Shown: positions 26,901 through 40,500 of the stretch, in pieces
Layout of the letters: the number at the start of each line of letters is the position of its first letter
Numbering within the stretch: position 1 is the first letter of the stretch
Source of the DNA: Antedon mediterranea
Taxonomy: Eukaryota; Animalia; Echinodermata
Direction of reading: 5' to 3'
DNA: 64,000 nt
Assembly: GCF_964355755.1 (NCBI RefSeq)
Contig: NC_092672.1
Location: forward strand, 33,362,437-33,426,436
Notes under the pieces: model-generated
The model's database searches: none
The model's input: only the letters and a program-made list of their open reading frames with translations
What the model was told of the DNA's origin: nothing
Position numbers and translations under genes: made by a program

Positions 26901-29035
26901 GATTCTGTTGTAAACGATGGAAACGCTGTTGAGTCTACAGTTGTTGCATTTGTCTCGTTAGTGGCTTGTTGTAACGTTGTTCGTGATTCTGTTGTAAACG
27001 ATGGAAAGGGTGTTGGTGCTAGAGTTGTTGCATTTGTCTCATTGGTGATTTGCTGCAACGTTGTTCCTGATTCTGTTGTAAACGATAGAAACGTTGTTGG
27101 TGCTAGAGTTGTTGCATTTGTCTCATTAGTGATTTGCTGCAACGTTGTTCCTGATTCTGTTGTAAACGATAGAAACGTTGTTGGTGCTAGAGTTGTTGCA
27201 TTTGTCTCATTAGTGATTTGCTGCAACGTTGTTCCTGATTCTGTTGTAAACGGTAGAAACGTTGTTGGTACTAGAGTTGTTGCATTTGTCTCATTGGTGA
27301 TTTGCTGCAACGTTGTTCCTGATTCTGTTGTAAACGGTAGAAACGTTGTTGGTGCTAGAGTTGTTGCATTTGTCTCATTAGTGATTTGCTGCAACGTTGT
27401 TCCTGATTCTGTTGTAAACGATGGAAACGTTGTTGGTGCTAGAGTTGTTGCATTTGTCTCATTAGTGATTTGCTGCAACGTTGTTCCTGATTCTGTTGTA
27501 AACGATGGAAACGCTGTTGAGTCTACAGTTGTTGCATTTGTCTCGTTAGTGGCTTGTTGTAACGTTGTTCGTGATTCTGTTGTAAACGATGGAAAGGGTG
27601 TTGGTGCTAGAGTTGTTGCATTTGTCTCATTGGTGATTTGCTGCAACGTTGTTCCTGATTCTGTTGTAAACGATAGAAACGTTGTTGGTGCTAGAGTTGT
27701 TGCATTTGTCTCATTAGTGATTTGCTGCAACGTTGTTCCTGATTCTGTTGTAAACGGTAGAAACGTTGTTGGTACTAGAGTTGTTGCATTTGTCTCATTG
27801 GTGATTTGCTGCAACGTTGTTCCTGATTCTGTTGTAAACGGTAGAAACGTTGTTGGTGCTAGAGTTGTTGCATTTGTCTCATTAGTGATTTGCTGCAACG
27901 TTGTTCCTGATTCTGTTGTAAACGATGGAAACGTTGTTGGTGCTAGAGTTGTTGCATTTGTCTCATTAGTGATTTGCTGCAACGTTGTTCCTGATTCTGT
28001 TGTAAACGATGGAAACGCTGTTGAGTCTACAGTTGTTGCATTTGTCTCGTTAGTGGCTTGTTGTAACGTTGTTCGTGATTCTGTTGTAAACGATGGAAAG
28101 GGTGTTGGTGCTAGAGTTGTTGCATTTGTCTCATTGGTGATTTGCTGCAACGTTGTTCCTGATTCTGTTGTAAACGATAGAAACGTTGTTGGTGCTAGAG
28201 TTGTTGCATTTGTCTCATTAGTGATTTGCTGCAACGTTGTTCCTGATTCTGTTGTAAACGATGGAAACGTTGTTGGTGCTAGAGTTTTTGCATTTGTCTC
28301 ATTAGTGATTTGCTGCAACGTTGTTCCTGATTCTGTTGTAAACGATAGAAACGCTGTTGAGTCTACAGTTGTTGCATTTGTCTCGTTAGTGGCTTGTTGT
28401 AACGTTGTTCGTGATTCTGTTGTAAACGATGGAAACGGTGTTGGTGCTAGAGTTGTTGCATTTGTCTCATTAGTGATTTGCTGCAACGTTGTTCCTGATT
28501 CTGTTGTAAACGATGGAAACGGTGGGGCGGTAGAAGCTGGAGTTGTTGTTTGGAACAAATTAGTTGGGGGAAAATTCGTTAAAGCATCTGTCAAAAACAA
28601 TTTTATTCCATTTATCACTAAAGTTTTAATTAATTATAGAATACATATAACAGCATGAGGCTGCATAACACAATGTCATTCATTGTTTTATTTCAATTTA
28701 CTTATGAAAAGCAAATTATGATAATTTAAATGTAATTAGTACAAACATAATTAAGAACTTTGATGTCAACAAATGTTGTGACTGTAGGTATAACGTTCCA
28801 CTGATAAGTTAAATTTGCGCAATAAGGTGTTAAAGATGTATTTTCCTCGAAAAGATGAAAAATGAAGATTAATAATTAAATTTATAAATTTTCACTTATA
28901 AAAGGACAAAATAAACGATTCCCAATTGGCACCTCTTTTGTATATAAAATTTACAAAAATGTACTTACCAGACGGTTCTTCTAGAAATATTACTACAACA
29001 GCCATTAAATATGGTAAACCGAATGCCGTATACAT
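14962..29035 (-). CDS. Adhesion GPCR paralog C, intact (SP - giant mucin stalk - HYR - GAIN/GPS - 7TM), about 3092 aa
   Basis: 12 phase-compatible GT-AG exons: 28969-29035, 21499-28587, 21061-21285, 18728-18765, 18473-18628, 17861-18179, 17517-17689, 17118-17276 (GPS CVFW...WSEEGC...CNCTHL|TNFAVLF), 16898-17013, 16323-16588, 15736-15802, 14962-15565 (LLGLTWVFG, FNSFQG; aGPCR TM6/TM7 motifs). Total 9279 nt. Confidence 0.88.
18831..20967 (-). mobile_element. 5'-truncated Tx1/L1-like LINE in an intron of paralog C
   Basis: ORF 20042-~20960 with RT C-terminal zinc domain (FKLLHRILPTN...CCDTCNVIENDKHMLVEC), long AT-rich 3' UTR, poly(A) (T-run at 18829-18843), TSD TGTAATCAAGTGTTT at 18817-18831 and 20968-20982. 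Confidence 0.85.
21061..21285 (-). CDS. HYR (hyalin repeat) domain exon of paralog C
   Basis: NIPPTIECPSDI...W.VP.A.D...VNC.SKPG..Y..GS.TKVICTTTDVGGQMDTCSFYITV matches the HYR consensus; phase 1-1 exon. Confidence 0.8.
21499..28587 (-). repeat. 7089-nt single mucin exon with about 78 tandem 84-bp repeats
   Basis: Unit TTESGTTLQQITNETNATTLAPTTFLSF (28 aa); uninterrupted ORF 21473-28618. Confidence 0.93.
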
Positions 29036-31555
29036 CGTAGAGTTGAGGACGTAAAGCGGTGATGATAATAATACTAGTGACTCGTCTAAATCGCTCGAGT
29101 AAGTTGTACTATTAGAAATCAAACACATCTACATCTACTTGGGATTTTAGGCTGCCACTGTACGTTCAATTGTGTATCGTTTTTATAAACATTATTTGAA
29201 TGAATATCCCACAAATCACAATACATGATCGTATGTGTGTTTTAGGTCATCATAATACATCTTCTTATTTGTATTATTCTTTCCAATAATCCATGAATTT
29301 ATAATTTAATAACGCAAACCATAATATTATATTTATTGAAAATTTATATACAATTTAGTAGTCTCAACAACATCCGGGTATGAATTCTAAGCATAGTAAT
29401 TATGACAAGTAAACCCGCAATTTACCTCAAATCAAAATTAATTTATTTATGTTTTACAGGCGTATTTATTAATATTCTGACCCTGAAATGACTAGGAATT
29501 TTATTTGTCCCACGTGAAGCATTTGGTAAATACTGGTATATGCCTACTGTATTATTTTTTAATAGGCTCCAAAAGTGTTATTCACATTTTTAAAAGAACA
29601 TACATTTTAATCTGTTGTGAAGGTTTTTAAATTGATAATTTGTCATGATTTCTGTGTTTGGACAAAGATGTCTGCGTATTTGTCATGATTCTCACAAACC
29701 TGAAGCTGTGCTTTATGTGAAAAATATTGCGACAAAAATCCAGTTGTTAAAGCTACCGGATCATTAAACATGTTTAATATTTGTTGAGGCTTTGAATCTG
29801 AATTATAATTTTAATATTCAGTATTCTTGGTAAAAAATAATTATAATCTCTCATATTTATCCGTACTAACTCAGGATTATTTAAAGTAGAATAGTTATAG
29901 GTTTTGCCGTTAAAGGTTAAAGTGAGGCAACGTACGTAAGTAATTTGACCAATCACAAACGATGGAATATTTGAACTGTATCACTTGTAATTCGTCAACT
30001 CAATTCCGCAGCCGAATCTCGGTACTGTATCTACTTCCAAAGTATCATAGGAATGTTCGGTACTACAACATCACATGTGTTTCACATGTAGTAACCTAAC
30101 CTTTAACATAACCTGACATGATACAGGGACCACATGTGATATAAATATGATGCTGTATTACCAAATATTCCTATTAGATACATGTGGAGATACAGCACTG
30201 GCAATCTGTTGCGTCCAAGCTGGATGTATAAATGGGTACCTGATTAGATCAATCACAACGTTGCGTTGGTTACTAGCTATATTTATAGGAGAATATTTCT
30301 ATACGTGTTTGATAAAAAAAAAGACCGGGGTAATAATAATGAAGCGCTTAGAAACATTGTGCAATAAGCGGTATATAAGAATATTATTATAGGCGCGCTT
30401 ACCACCTTTGATTAAGTTATCAGTGTGTATCTTCAAAGAGTGACGTCAATATTAAATAGCGCGCTCTCTATTGGTCTCTGTTTTTTATCAAGTAGTTCTC
30501 CTGGTTTCTGAGCGATTTATATAATATAGAAATCACCTTTATATCGTTTATATTGTTTTTGATTATTTTTTTGTTGCTATCAATACCGTATACTACAAGA
30601 ATGATATAAAACCCACAAGCATTATGTTTCTTCGAAATCAAATTTAATCAAAATTCTTGCTGGTGGTATTCTACATAAACACTTTATTTATTCTAAAATT
30701 ATCCGGTGTGTATATACGGTAAATTAATTTACATAACCTAATGTCAATGTCCGTAAGTTCGATGATACACTGTTTTTAGAAATGTTTTACCTCTCGCAAC
30801 ACGCAGATCAGCCGCGGCTAATTGAAAGCGTCAGCTTATACGCATGCGTATTCATATTTTCATACCCTCCATTTTATTTCCTTGAGTTTTTCACTTCAGT
30901 GAAATTAGTAGGCCTATAATTTATAATAGTCAGCGAATAGTTTCTACTTTTTGCGAAGCGAAAAATTGAGCAGTTATGACGCATTCAAATATGGACACGA
31001 TCACTACTATATTTGGGCACATTACACTGTTTGTCGTTTGACAAATTAGTTTGATAGTGTAGACACAGCGTAGGAAATGAACATGGCAGCTATTAGTTCT
31101 TTTGTCACGTGTTTCATGAATATAATAGTATTCGGTGTTTTTGCATTATGAGTACAACATCCTTAATTTACACGTGTTTCCTGCAGTACAAAGTTTACAT
31201 TTTAGTGCGCTGCTTATTATATTAGATTCATCACTGTTTAAAGGATAGTTCCTGGTTTAATATTGCTATTATTTGTTATAATATATAAACCTTTGGAATA
31301 ACAATGATGTAACAAATATCTACCGTTAGTGGCACCATACTCGACAAACAAATGCGTACTTAAATTAACGTAATCTAAATTCATTTTAACTGATTTCAGG
31401 CCACTGTTCATTTTATATTTGAGGGTGGAATGTTCTGTGTTCGTGTGCATGACATACTGTAAGCCTCCTGAGACTTAACTTTCTAAAAAAGTCGTTGAAT
31501 GGCCGTTCACACCACAGAATGCTCGACCACCAAACAGCGATTCATATTATTTGTA

Positions 31556-34500
31556 TTAAATGTTTTCGTCACTAGTTTCAAATGCTGGATTTTGTACGTC
31601 AAAGGTACTAACGTTATTTCTTTGCGCTGTCCTGGTCGTCGATAACGTTGGCATGGTTGATGCACTGTTGCTGCTGTCGTTAGTTGCTCTATGTGAACGA
31701 TGTTGCGGTGAATAAGTTGTGTAACGTTTCTTTAAATCTTTAAATTCTTTCTGTCTGAACGTGAACAAGTAGAATATTGCGACTCCCTGGAAAGAGTTAA
31801 ACACGCAGAACAATATTACAAACACGTAATCAGCTTTGCTCTCAAAAGACATAAATCCCAAAACCCATGTCAGGCCTAAGAGGAAAGATATAGCGATAGC
31901 GTTGAAGATCCGTTTCTTCTTCTCTTCTAGAGTTGAATCTTTATTCAGCATTGCGTTAGATCGCGAGCAGTATAAACTTTTCAGAACCAATACGAATATA
32001 ATAGCGTTAAACACGATGGCGATTGCGATTGGAATAAGAACAGCGTAGATGAAGATATCGAATTCCATTGTGTTGATATAGCAACTGTAATAAAAAATAA
32101 ATATAAATATTTACTAGTATCCATAAGAAAAAGAGCAGAGGAAAATTAGACTAATTGTCACAAAATGCCAATTGTCACATAAACATCAATTGTCACATAA
32201 AGACCAATTGACATTGTAATGATTTTTTACCTAATTTTTGAGTGATTAAGATACAAAATGATGAAAAATTGAAATAGAAACAATAATATTACTGTACTTA
32301 CAAGTCTTTGTTTTCATATAACGACACATCTACTGTTAGTAGAACTATCGGCGGTATGCACGGGAGCCCTAAACAAGATAAACGACAAATGTAATAAACA
32401 TATAATATAACATATGTGCGGCTGTTGGGGCCAAACTAACAAATGCCAGTAAAAGATTGTCATATACACGATACAAAAAAGGCAGGCTTAAATGAGGAAA
32501 GGACAAGCTCAAACGCGGAAAGGACAAGAGAAAATGCGGAAAGGACAAACGCGAAAAGGACAAATGTAAACGCGCACGGAAAGGACAAACGCGAAAAGGA
32601 CAAATGCAAACGCGCGCGGAAAGGACAAACGCGAAAAGGACAAATGTAAACGCGCACGGAAAGGACAAACGCGAAAAGGACAAATGCAAACGCGCACGGA
32701 AAGGACAAACGCGGAAAAGATCAACTCAAACGCCGAAAGGAGCAATGCATACCCGAAAAGGACCAACTGAAGCGCGGAAAGGACAAACGTCGTAAACGTG
32801 CAACAAATCACAACGAAATGAAAGATCAGTCAATCTTATAATTCCTTATTTTTAATTGTCACTGACCAAATCTCTAAGACTTACCCCAAGCAAAGATCAA
32901 GGAAAACCACAGCAACTTTGAGGTATTAGCGTTGAAAACTTTCACAAATAACAAGTACATATTGACCGCTTCTACGGATGTCCATGCAACAGACGTCAAC
33001 AGAAAGTAATGTAACAATACAGCTATTGTTGTACAAGCTACAGTTCCTGGAGTTGCAGTATCGATGCCACATATGAATGTGATATACAGACAAGTTAGTG
33101 AGATGGAAAGGTTTAACAGTATTTTCTGAGGTTGACGTTTGCGAAGAGTTCTGTTGAAAAAAGTATACGAATAGACATTATGAACTAACTTTAAAAAATG
33201 TATGTGAATTAAGACTTTCAACTTGTATCATCTGTTACAGACTGAATGTTTCTACTTTATCGTCATTTATCCATGCATTTACAGAAATATGGATGCTTTC
33301 ACATGGCGCCCGGATTCGGTTCTGCGCCCTGAATCCTGGCATGATGTGAAAGCAGCTTAACGTTTGTATTGTATATTGTAATGTTGATGAACGGTGTACT
33401 GTAACTTACTTTATTGATATGCTAACAACTATTGTCACCAGTAGGCAAAATATCGATACTCCACAACCTACATACGTCACTATGTTCAAAAACAATTCGA
33501 AACCTTTCGACACCTTGTTATGAAACTGAAACATTAAAAAAACATTTTGAAAAATGAACGTTCTTTTATATATAAAAAAGATAAAACATTTTTCATTTGA
33601 GTGTTTTTATAAATTTGATTGGTTGTCCAAAGTAATTGAAGAACGGATTAAGAAATACAATAAGAGTGGAACGTACAAATAAAACAGCAAAATTTGTAAG
33701 ATGTGTACAGTTACATGTAATACTGCCATCAGTGTTCATATAAACGCGCGTACATCCCTCTTCTGACCAATCACCAAATCCATTAAGAGTTGTGTTCCAA
33801 AATACACAAGTAGCATTTTGATTTCCATAAGCCTGCTGCTCCAATGAAAAATAACAAAATAAATATGTCATAATTTTATTTGTAAATTGTGACCCAGGTC
33901 TTTATGTGAATACAGTTGTTAATTGCATCATAGATTCGAAAAAAATAATGGTAGATTTTTACGTCTGTTTTCCATTTGTTGAATTCATTCGCGCGAACGA
34001 ACGCAATTTTTCGCTGAGAAGACAATCCGTCGTTTGTCTGCTGAGCTTTTCGATTCACAAAAAGCCGAAAGAATTCGAACTACCAAATCTAAAGAACTAG
34101 AATTCGTCGCAGAAAGGAATTTAGAGGATGGAAACACGAATACGCATGCGTAGGCTGACGCTTTCGATTCGCGCGAACAAATTCGCCTATTGGAAAAAAA
34201 GGGAATTGGTTCGGGATTTTAGTTTTCTGAAATGACAGTAGTCTAATCACCTTAGGAGTATTGAAGACAATTTTAACAGGTTCTTCAAACACGGATGGAA
34301 GGCTGTTGTCATACACGGTGGCTGATAGAATAACACTTGATAATTTTAGATCTGGATAACTCGACGACTGGAACAATTTTGAATTGTAATATGATGTAAA
34401 ACTCACGTTGGACAACGCATTATCTGTTTAACAAATTAATGTGAAGCAGAGATATGCCTATTATATATTATATAACATTATTACTACTGTTATTTTAAAA

Positions 34501-37500
34501 AGTACGGACGGACTATAACTATGCAGAGGTACTACCAACTGAGTAATGCAATGTAGGCTTACATACCGTTTGTAACCAGATTACGTGGTAATGTGATTGA
34601 CTGGTGATAACGTCTACAACGACCATCAACACAAACCTCAGTAACTTTCTTAGCTTCTTCCACCATGAATACAACATCGTGTCTAAGATTATCAGAGTCA
34701 AAACTTAAAGTCTGCACAGACAGCGTTTCTTCATTCTGAGTATAATTCTGACCATCAGTGGCTGCCGTACTAATTTGTTGCTCTAAAGACTCAAGGATGA
34801 CAGAGGTTGTCCCAGGAGGGAGATCAGTGTCTGATGAATCAGATGAGAGCACTGCATCTACAGTACCAACTACTGCACCAGTCACCTGTAAGAATAATCA
34901 TACTCGATACACAGTTCTTAATGCTCTAAAGGTTTTAAACCATTGTACGAAAGATGACGAGTTATGAGTTATGATGCGTTATTTTGTATAGATGGAAATT
35001 GTGCCCAATGTTCTTAAAAAGGAAATATTTTTGGCATCCAACCCATTTTTAGTCGCTTAGTGGCGTGAAAACGCGACTCTACAGCTCACTCTTTCGGTCG
35101 ATTGGTCGGTAAAATTTGGGCAAGCGACTGCAGCCATGTATATGACCTTGTTAGTTTCTACCAAGTAGTAATAATAATAATATAATTCGTTCTTTGTATA
35201 AATAAAAGTAGTTTATTTTGTTATATTTACAAGTTTAATTTGTTCTAATTCCCGAAATAGTAGCCATGTGAGTATTGTTTACATTAGTTCTGAAATATTA
35301 TACAAGTAATGAATGTTTATGAGTGTAATAGTACAAATAAATGCATGAGGTGAATGATGAAAGGTTATATATTAACGAGGAAACGCCGAGTTGATATTTA
35401 ACCTTTCATCATTCACCAAAGGCCATTATTTGTACCATTACATGAATATAAAACATTCATTATTGGTTTGATATAACATCTAAATAGATTCCTGTCATTT
35501 GAATCAAATAAAAAGTAGCCCTAGCCAAGGCCTACATTTCATTCACATTGATTAAAAAAGTAATATTTGGTTTTTAATAATATTATATTAAATGTTATAT
35601 TTATATGGAATTTATAAATACACCTACTTTAGTGTTAATTATGTCGACAAACGGCCGAACAATCCTAGGCCTAGCAAGGCTAAACCGCCTAGACTAGGCC
35701 TAGCCTAATATTAACAGGCCTAGGCCTACTAAGCTAGACCTAGTACAAGCTTGGCTGAAAGGCAAAACTTTGACAGACAATTGGAACTTATCTAGGCTAA
35801 TTATGGTTTTTCCAACGATTCCACGTCTTGTAGAGATGTTCCCAATAATTAATCAAAATCCAACACACGATCTAAAGCTAATTAAAAAATGCCTTTTGAT
35901 CTAAATTAGTACATATATCTCTCCAGAAATGTACTTTCATCGCAAAAAAACCAGTCATCATAACATTCAAATCGCCGCGAAAGTACAAATAGGTGGCGCT
36001 GTTGTATTTCCTAAGCAATAGTATAAAACAGAATATTTTCCAAACACGAAAGGATTTTTAGTAGCGTGCAACGCGACTCTACAGCTCACTCTCTCAGTCG
36101 GTTGGTCGGTTGGTTGGTCGGTCGGTTTGTCGGTACACACTAACTTGAGCACGCGACTGCAGCCATCTATATGGCCTTGTTTTTTTCATACACAAAAAAG
36201 AGTACTATTAAACGATCGTTTAATAGTTCGTACTATTGCACGCCATGTGACCCACATTCGTCCAATCAAATGACAGGAATTTATTTGGGCGTTATATAAT
36301 ATTTTTTATTGTTTCATTCGTTGTGTCTTTGTGTACAAGAAATTACATGATGATTTTTATGGTTTGAACAAGTTATGTTATTTCCTATGGTTTCAACAAG
36401 TTATGTTATTTCCTATGGTTTGAACAAGTTATGCTATTTGCTATGGTTTGAACAAGTTATGCTATTTCCTATGGTTTGAACAAGTTATGCTATTTGCTAT
36501 GGTTTGAACAAGTTATGCTATTTGCTATGGTTTGAACAAGTTATGCTATTTGCTATGGTTTGAACAAGTTATGCTATTTCCTATGGTTTCAACAAGTTAT
36601 GCTAATTGTTATGGTTTGAACAAGTTATGCTATTTTCTATAGTTTGAACAAGTTATGCTATTTCCTATGTTTTGAACAAGTTATGCTATTTGTTATGGTT
36701 TGAACAAGTTATGCTATTTCCTATGGTTTCAACATGTTATGCTATTTCCTATGGTTTGAACAAGTTAGGCTATTTGCTATGGTTTGAACAAGTTATGCTA
36801 TTTCCTATGGTTTCAACATGTTATGCTATTTCCTATGGTTTGAACAAGTTATGTTATTTGCTATGGTTTGAACAAGTTATGCTATTTGCTATGGTTTGAA
36901 CAAGTTATGCTATTTGCTATGGTTTGAACAAGTTATGCTATTTGCTATGTTTTGAACAAGTTATGCTATTTCCTATGGTTTGAACAAGTTATGCTATTTG
37001 CTATGGTTTGAACAAGTTATGCTATTTCCTATGGTTTGAACAAGTTATGCTATTTGCTATGGTTTGAACAAGTTATGCTATTTTCTATGGTTTGAACAAG
37101 TTATGCTATTTCCTATGTTTTGAAAAAGTTATGCTATTTGCTATGGTTTGAACAAGTTATGCTATTTGCTATGGTTTGAACAAGTTATGCTATTTGCTAT
37201 GGTTTGAACAAGTTTTGCTATTTGCTATGGTTTGAACAAGTTATGCTATTTGTTATGGTTCGAACAAGTATTGCTATTTGCTATGGTTTGAAAAAGTTTT
37301 TGAAGTTATTATTATTTTTCTTACATTTTCGTTTGTTGATTCAATATCAGTTATTGTTTCCAATGATCCTGATACTTCTTGTACATCACCAGGTTCAAGG
37401 TCACCTGCTGCTTCTTCAACTATTTTCTCAAGCGCAATAGCAACCTCTTCTACATTCTCTTCATCAACGCTCTAATAGTTATTAAAATGATAATACTAGT

Positions 37501-40500
37501 TTAAGAATACTGAAAACTCCACTAAGTGTACACCATCGAGTAGGGAAAGGTGTATACGGAGGTGTCGCTAAAGCTCTGTCTACACTATCAAACTTTATGT
37601 GGAAATAATAAGACGTGCCCATATAGACATGATGATGTCATATCATTGCCATATTTGGGCATATCACTACCATATTTGGGCACACCACACTTTTTTGGTC
37701 AAACTAGTTAGATAGTGTAGACAGAGCACATTAGGTTCTGATGATTATAAATGGCCAATCTTTTTAACACTCTTATGCTAGGTGCATTTTTTTTATTACA
37801 AAGAAAACTTTTTTTGTGTGTTCAGTGAGGTTTTTAATGTTTCACGCGACCCCTCTAACGTCATGAAAGATCGTTAAAAAAATGAAAAGTTTAGAATCCT
37901 ACCTTGGTGAGATTTCTTATTTTTGTAGTTAGATTAGTTTCTATAATTAATAATAAAACAAAAAATATGTCTTTTACAAGTCATTAGTACTACTATTATT
38001 ATTCATTGACATGGGTGATTTACTTTTATAAATTCATTAAGGCCAACTCAGACAGCGTCGTACGACGAGACCCGAGGAAACACTCTGTTTCTGAGTTGAA
38101 TCCCGACGATACAAGTCATCTTGAGATAGCGTCGGGTGTAGTTTTTAGGTCGTCGAGAGAACTTTAAACATGTTAAGTCTTCTCCCGACGATCATTATCA
38201 AATCACAAGTGTGTATTTCAACAATTTTTAGTTGGCATACATTGGCATAAGAGTACAGAAGGAAAGGAGGAAAGGGAAAGATATTTGTGTAAAGTTTGAA
38301 TATATTCTATTAATGGTATCAATGCTGATCAAGCCTCTAGCCTCTCAATTTTGTTGGTGTTATCAGTCAACAAAATCATTATTTGTATTGTAATACAAAA
38401 ACACAATAAACCTTTTGTATTCACTGATTCCGACAATGTAACTGCTGAAAACGTTGTTGGTTCTGTACTTCTTGTTACTGGTGCTGATGGTTCAAACGTT
38501 GTTGGTTCTGCACTTGGTGTTACTGGTGCTGATGGTTCAAACGTTTTTGGTTCTGTACTTATTGTTACTGGTGCTGATGGTTCAAACGTTGTTGGTTCTG
38601 CACTTGTTGTTACTGGTGTTGATGGTTCAAGCGTTGATGGAAACGTTGTTAATGCACCTGTCGTATGTAATAATACAATTTAACATTTATTTATTTTAAA
38701 AACGTAAGAAGTAGATCCCTTAAGTGAACACCTTCGAAAAAAGTGTGTAACTTAATCATACACAATGTACCTGAATCCCATCATGAAGACTCAAAAGATA
38801 GAAGGAAGGAAGACACTGTGTACATTGACGATGTTTTCAATGCCTGTCAGGCCACTGGTTCGACGTTATCCTCAGTTATAAGATTGGGAAAAAGAGAAAG
38901 AGAAGGAAACAAGCCAAGGCTGCTAAAAGTGACAGTTGATTCGGTAGCCACAAAGAGGAACATCCTTGGCGGAACAAAAAACCTAAGGGACGGCAAAAGT
39001 GATAAATGGAGTAACATATATGTCACGCCAGACCTGACCCAAAAGGAGAGGGAGAAAAACAAGCTGTTAAGGGAGACGCTATCATTCAGAAGAAATGAAG
39101 AAGGCAATGAGTCCTTAGCTATAAGAAGAGGTAAAATCGTTGATCTGTCTAAAGAACGTGTAAATTTAAACGCTAAAGAAGGATCAATAAAGGGCAACCA
39201 GCCCTTTCCAAGATAGCAGGAACCTTAACATATTTAGTACCAAAGAAAGTTGTTTAGTTTCATCTACTATTAGTGATAAAGAAACACATTATTTATGTTC
39301 CGAGTCCAATAACAAAAAAAGTCCTGAAGAAAATGTTTCAGTTTCGTCAAATAGAAGTGATAAAGAAAATAACTATTTATTTTCTGATTCTGATTCAAAA
39401 AATGATGTTATATTGGAAGACCACAATAGTTCCAATGATACAAGTGGATCGAGTGATGATACAGAAGATATCTTACGAGCCAATAAAAAGGACCTCAATA
39501 GTAAAAAGAAACTATATTGTGTGTATACAAATGTAGATGGTCTAATCAACAAAAAAGCAGAACTAGAGAGCTACTTAAGCAGCAAAACTGATGCACCGGA
39601 TATTCTAGCAATTACAGAAGTATTTCCTAAGCGACGAAGTAGTGATATCGATACAACAGTCCTTCAGCTAAATGGGTATGACATGTTTATAACAGACCAG
39701 CTGGGTAGAGGAGTTTGTATATATACAAATAAGGTGCTAAAAGCAACAAGTGTAAACTTCGACACACAAGTAAACAACTTTAATGAAAGTGTCTGGTGCG
39801 AGATCAGACTTGAAAATGAAGAAAATATATTAGTGGGATGCATATATAGAAGTCCAAACTCTTCCAAAGAGAATAATGATGCTTTGTTAGAATTGATATC
39901 AACAGCCTGTAGAAGGAAGTACCCTTATCTTTTGATAACTGGTGATTTCAATTATAGAGAGATAGACTGGACATCGTGGATTTCGAGAGCTAGTGAGAAT
40001 CATGGTAGTAGTAAGCTTGTTGATTGTCTTCAGGACAACTTTCTTTACCAAGTATCTAACCGAAATACAAGATATAGAGATGGTAATAGACCAAGTCTGT
40101 TAGATTTAATCATTGTGAACGATGAACTACTAATTGATGAAGTATCTGAATACAGCCCACTTGGAAAAAGTGATCATGTAATTCTTGAATTTTATTTAAA
40201 CTGTTATTGTAAGATTGATGATTATCAACCAAGTAGATTTAAATTTTGTAATGGAAACTATCACAATTTAAGAAATGATTTAAAGGAAGTCAACTGGACT
40301 GAAATGAATGATAAAGATGTAAACACAGCATGGAGTTTTTTTTATAGATGCAATACATGAGGCAACTTCAGCAAATATTCCCAAAACTAAACCGAAAGAT
40401 GGAATCAAAAAGAAAAGAAAATCAGCAGTATGGATGAACACGGAAGCTCTAGCTAAAATAAAGAAAAAGTACCATGCATGGAAGCGTTATACTGCTACAA

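Noticed and set aside
22005-28658. 2217-aa Val/Cys-rich plus-strand ORF (also 1381-3222, 12209-12889, 38351-38683)
   Set aside because: Antisense shadow of Thr-rich ACN codon repeats; no splice context or credible start, whereas the minus frame fits the gene model
29036-29128. Upstream in-frame ATG extending the paralog C N-terminus (MCLISNS...)
   Set aside because: Only the ATG at 29035 aligns with the signal-peptide starts of A, B and D; the extension is probably 5' UTR
32369-32811. Short ORFs in several frames (also 61254-61622, 60099-60343, 14546-14913, 49361-51921)
   Set aside because: Translations of mini/microsatellites or non-autonomous repeats, with no coding signature
36355-37295. 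Possible CRISPR array (29-bp repeat)
   Set aside because: No unique spacers, no cas genes, eukaryotic intron; it is a simple minisatellite
38690-38745. 3' LTR of the Gypsy element
   Set aside because: No copy of the 49283-49404 sequence is found here; the 3' end appears deleted
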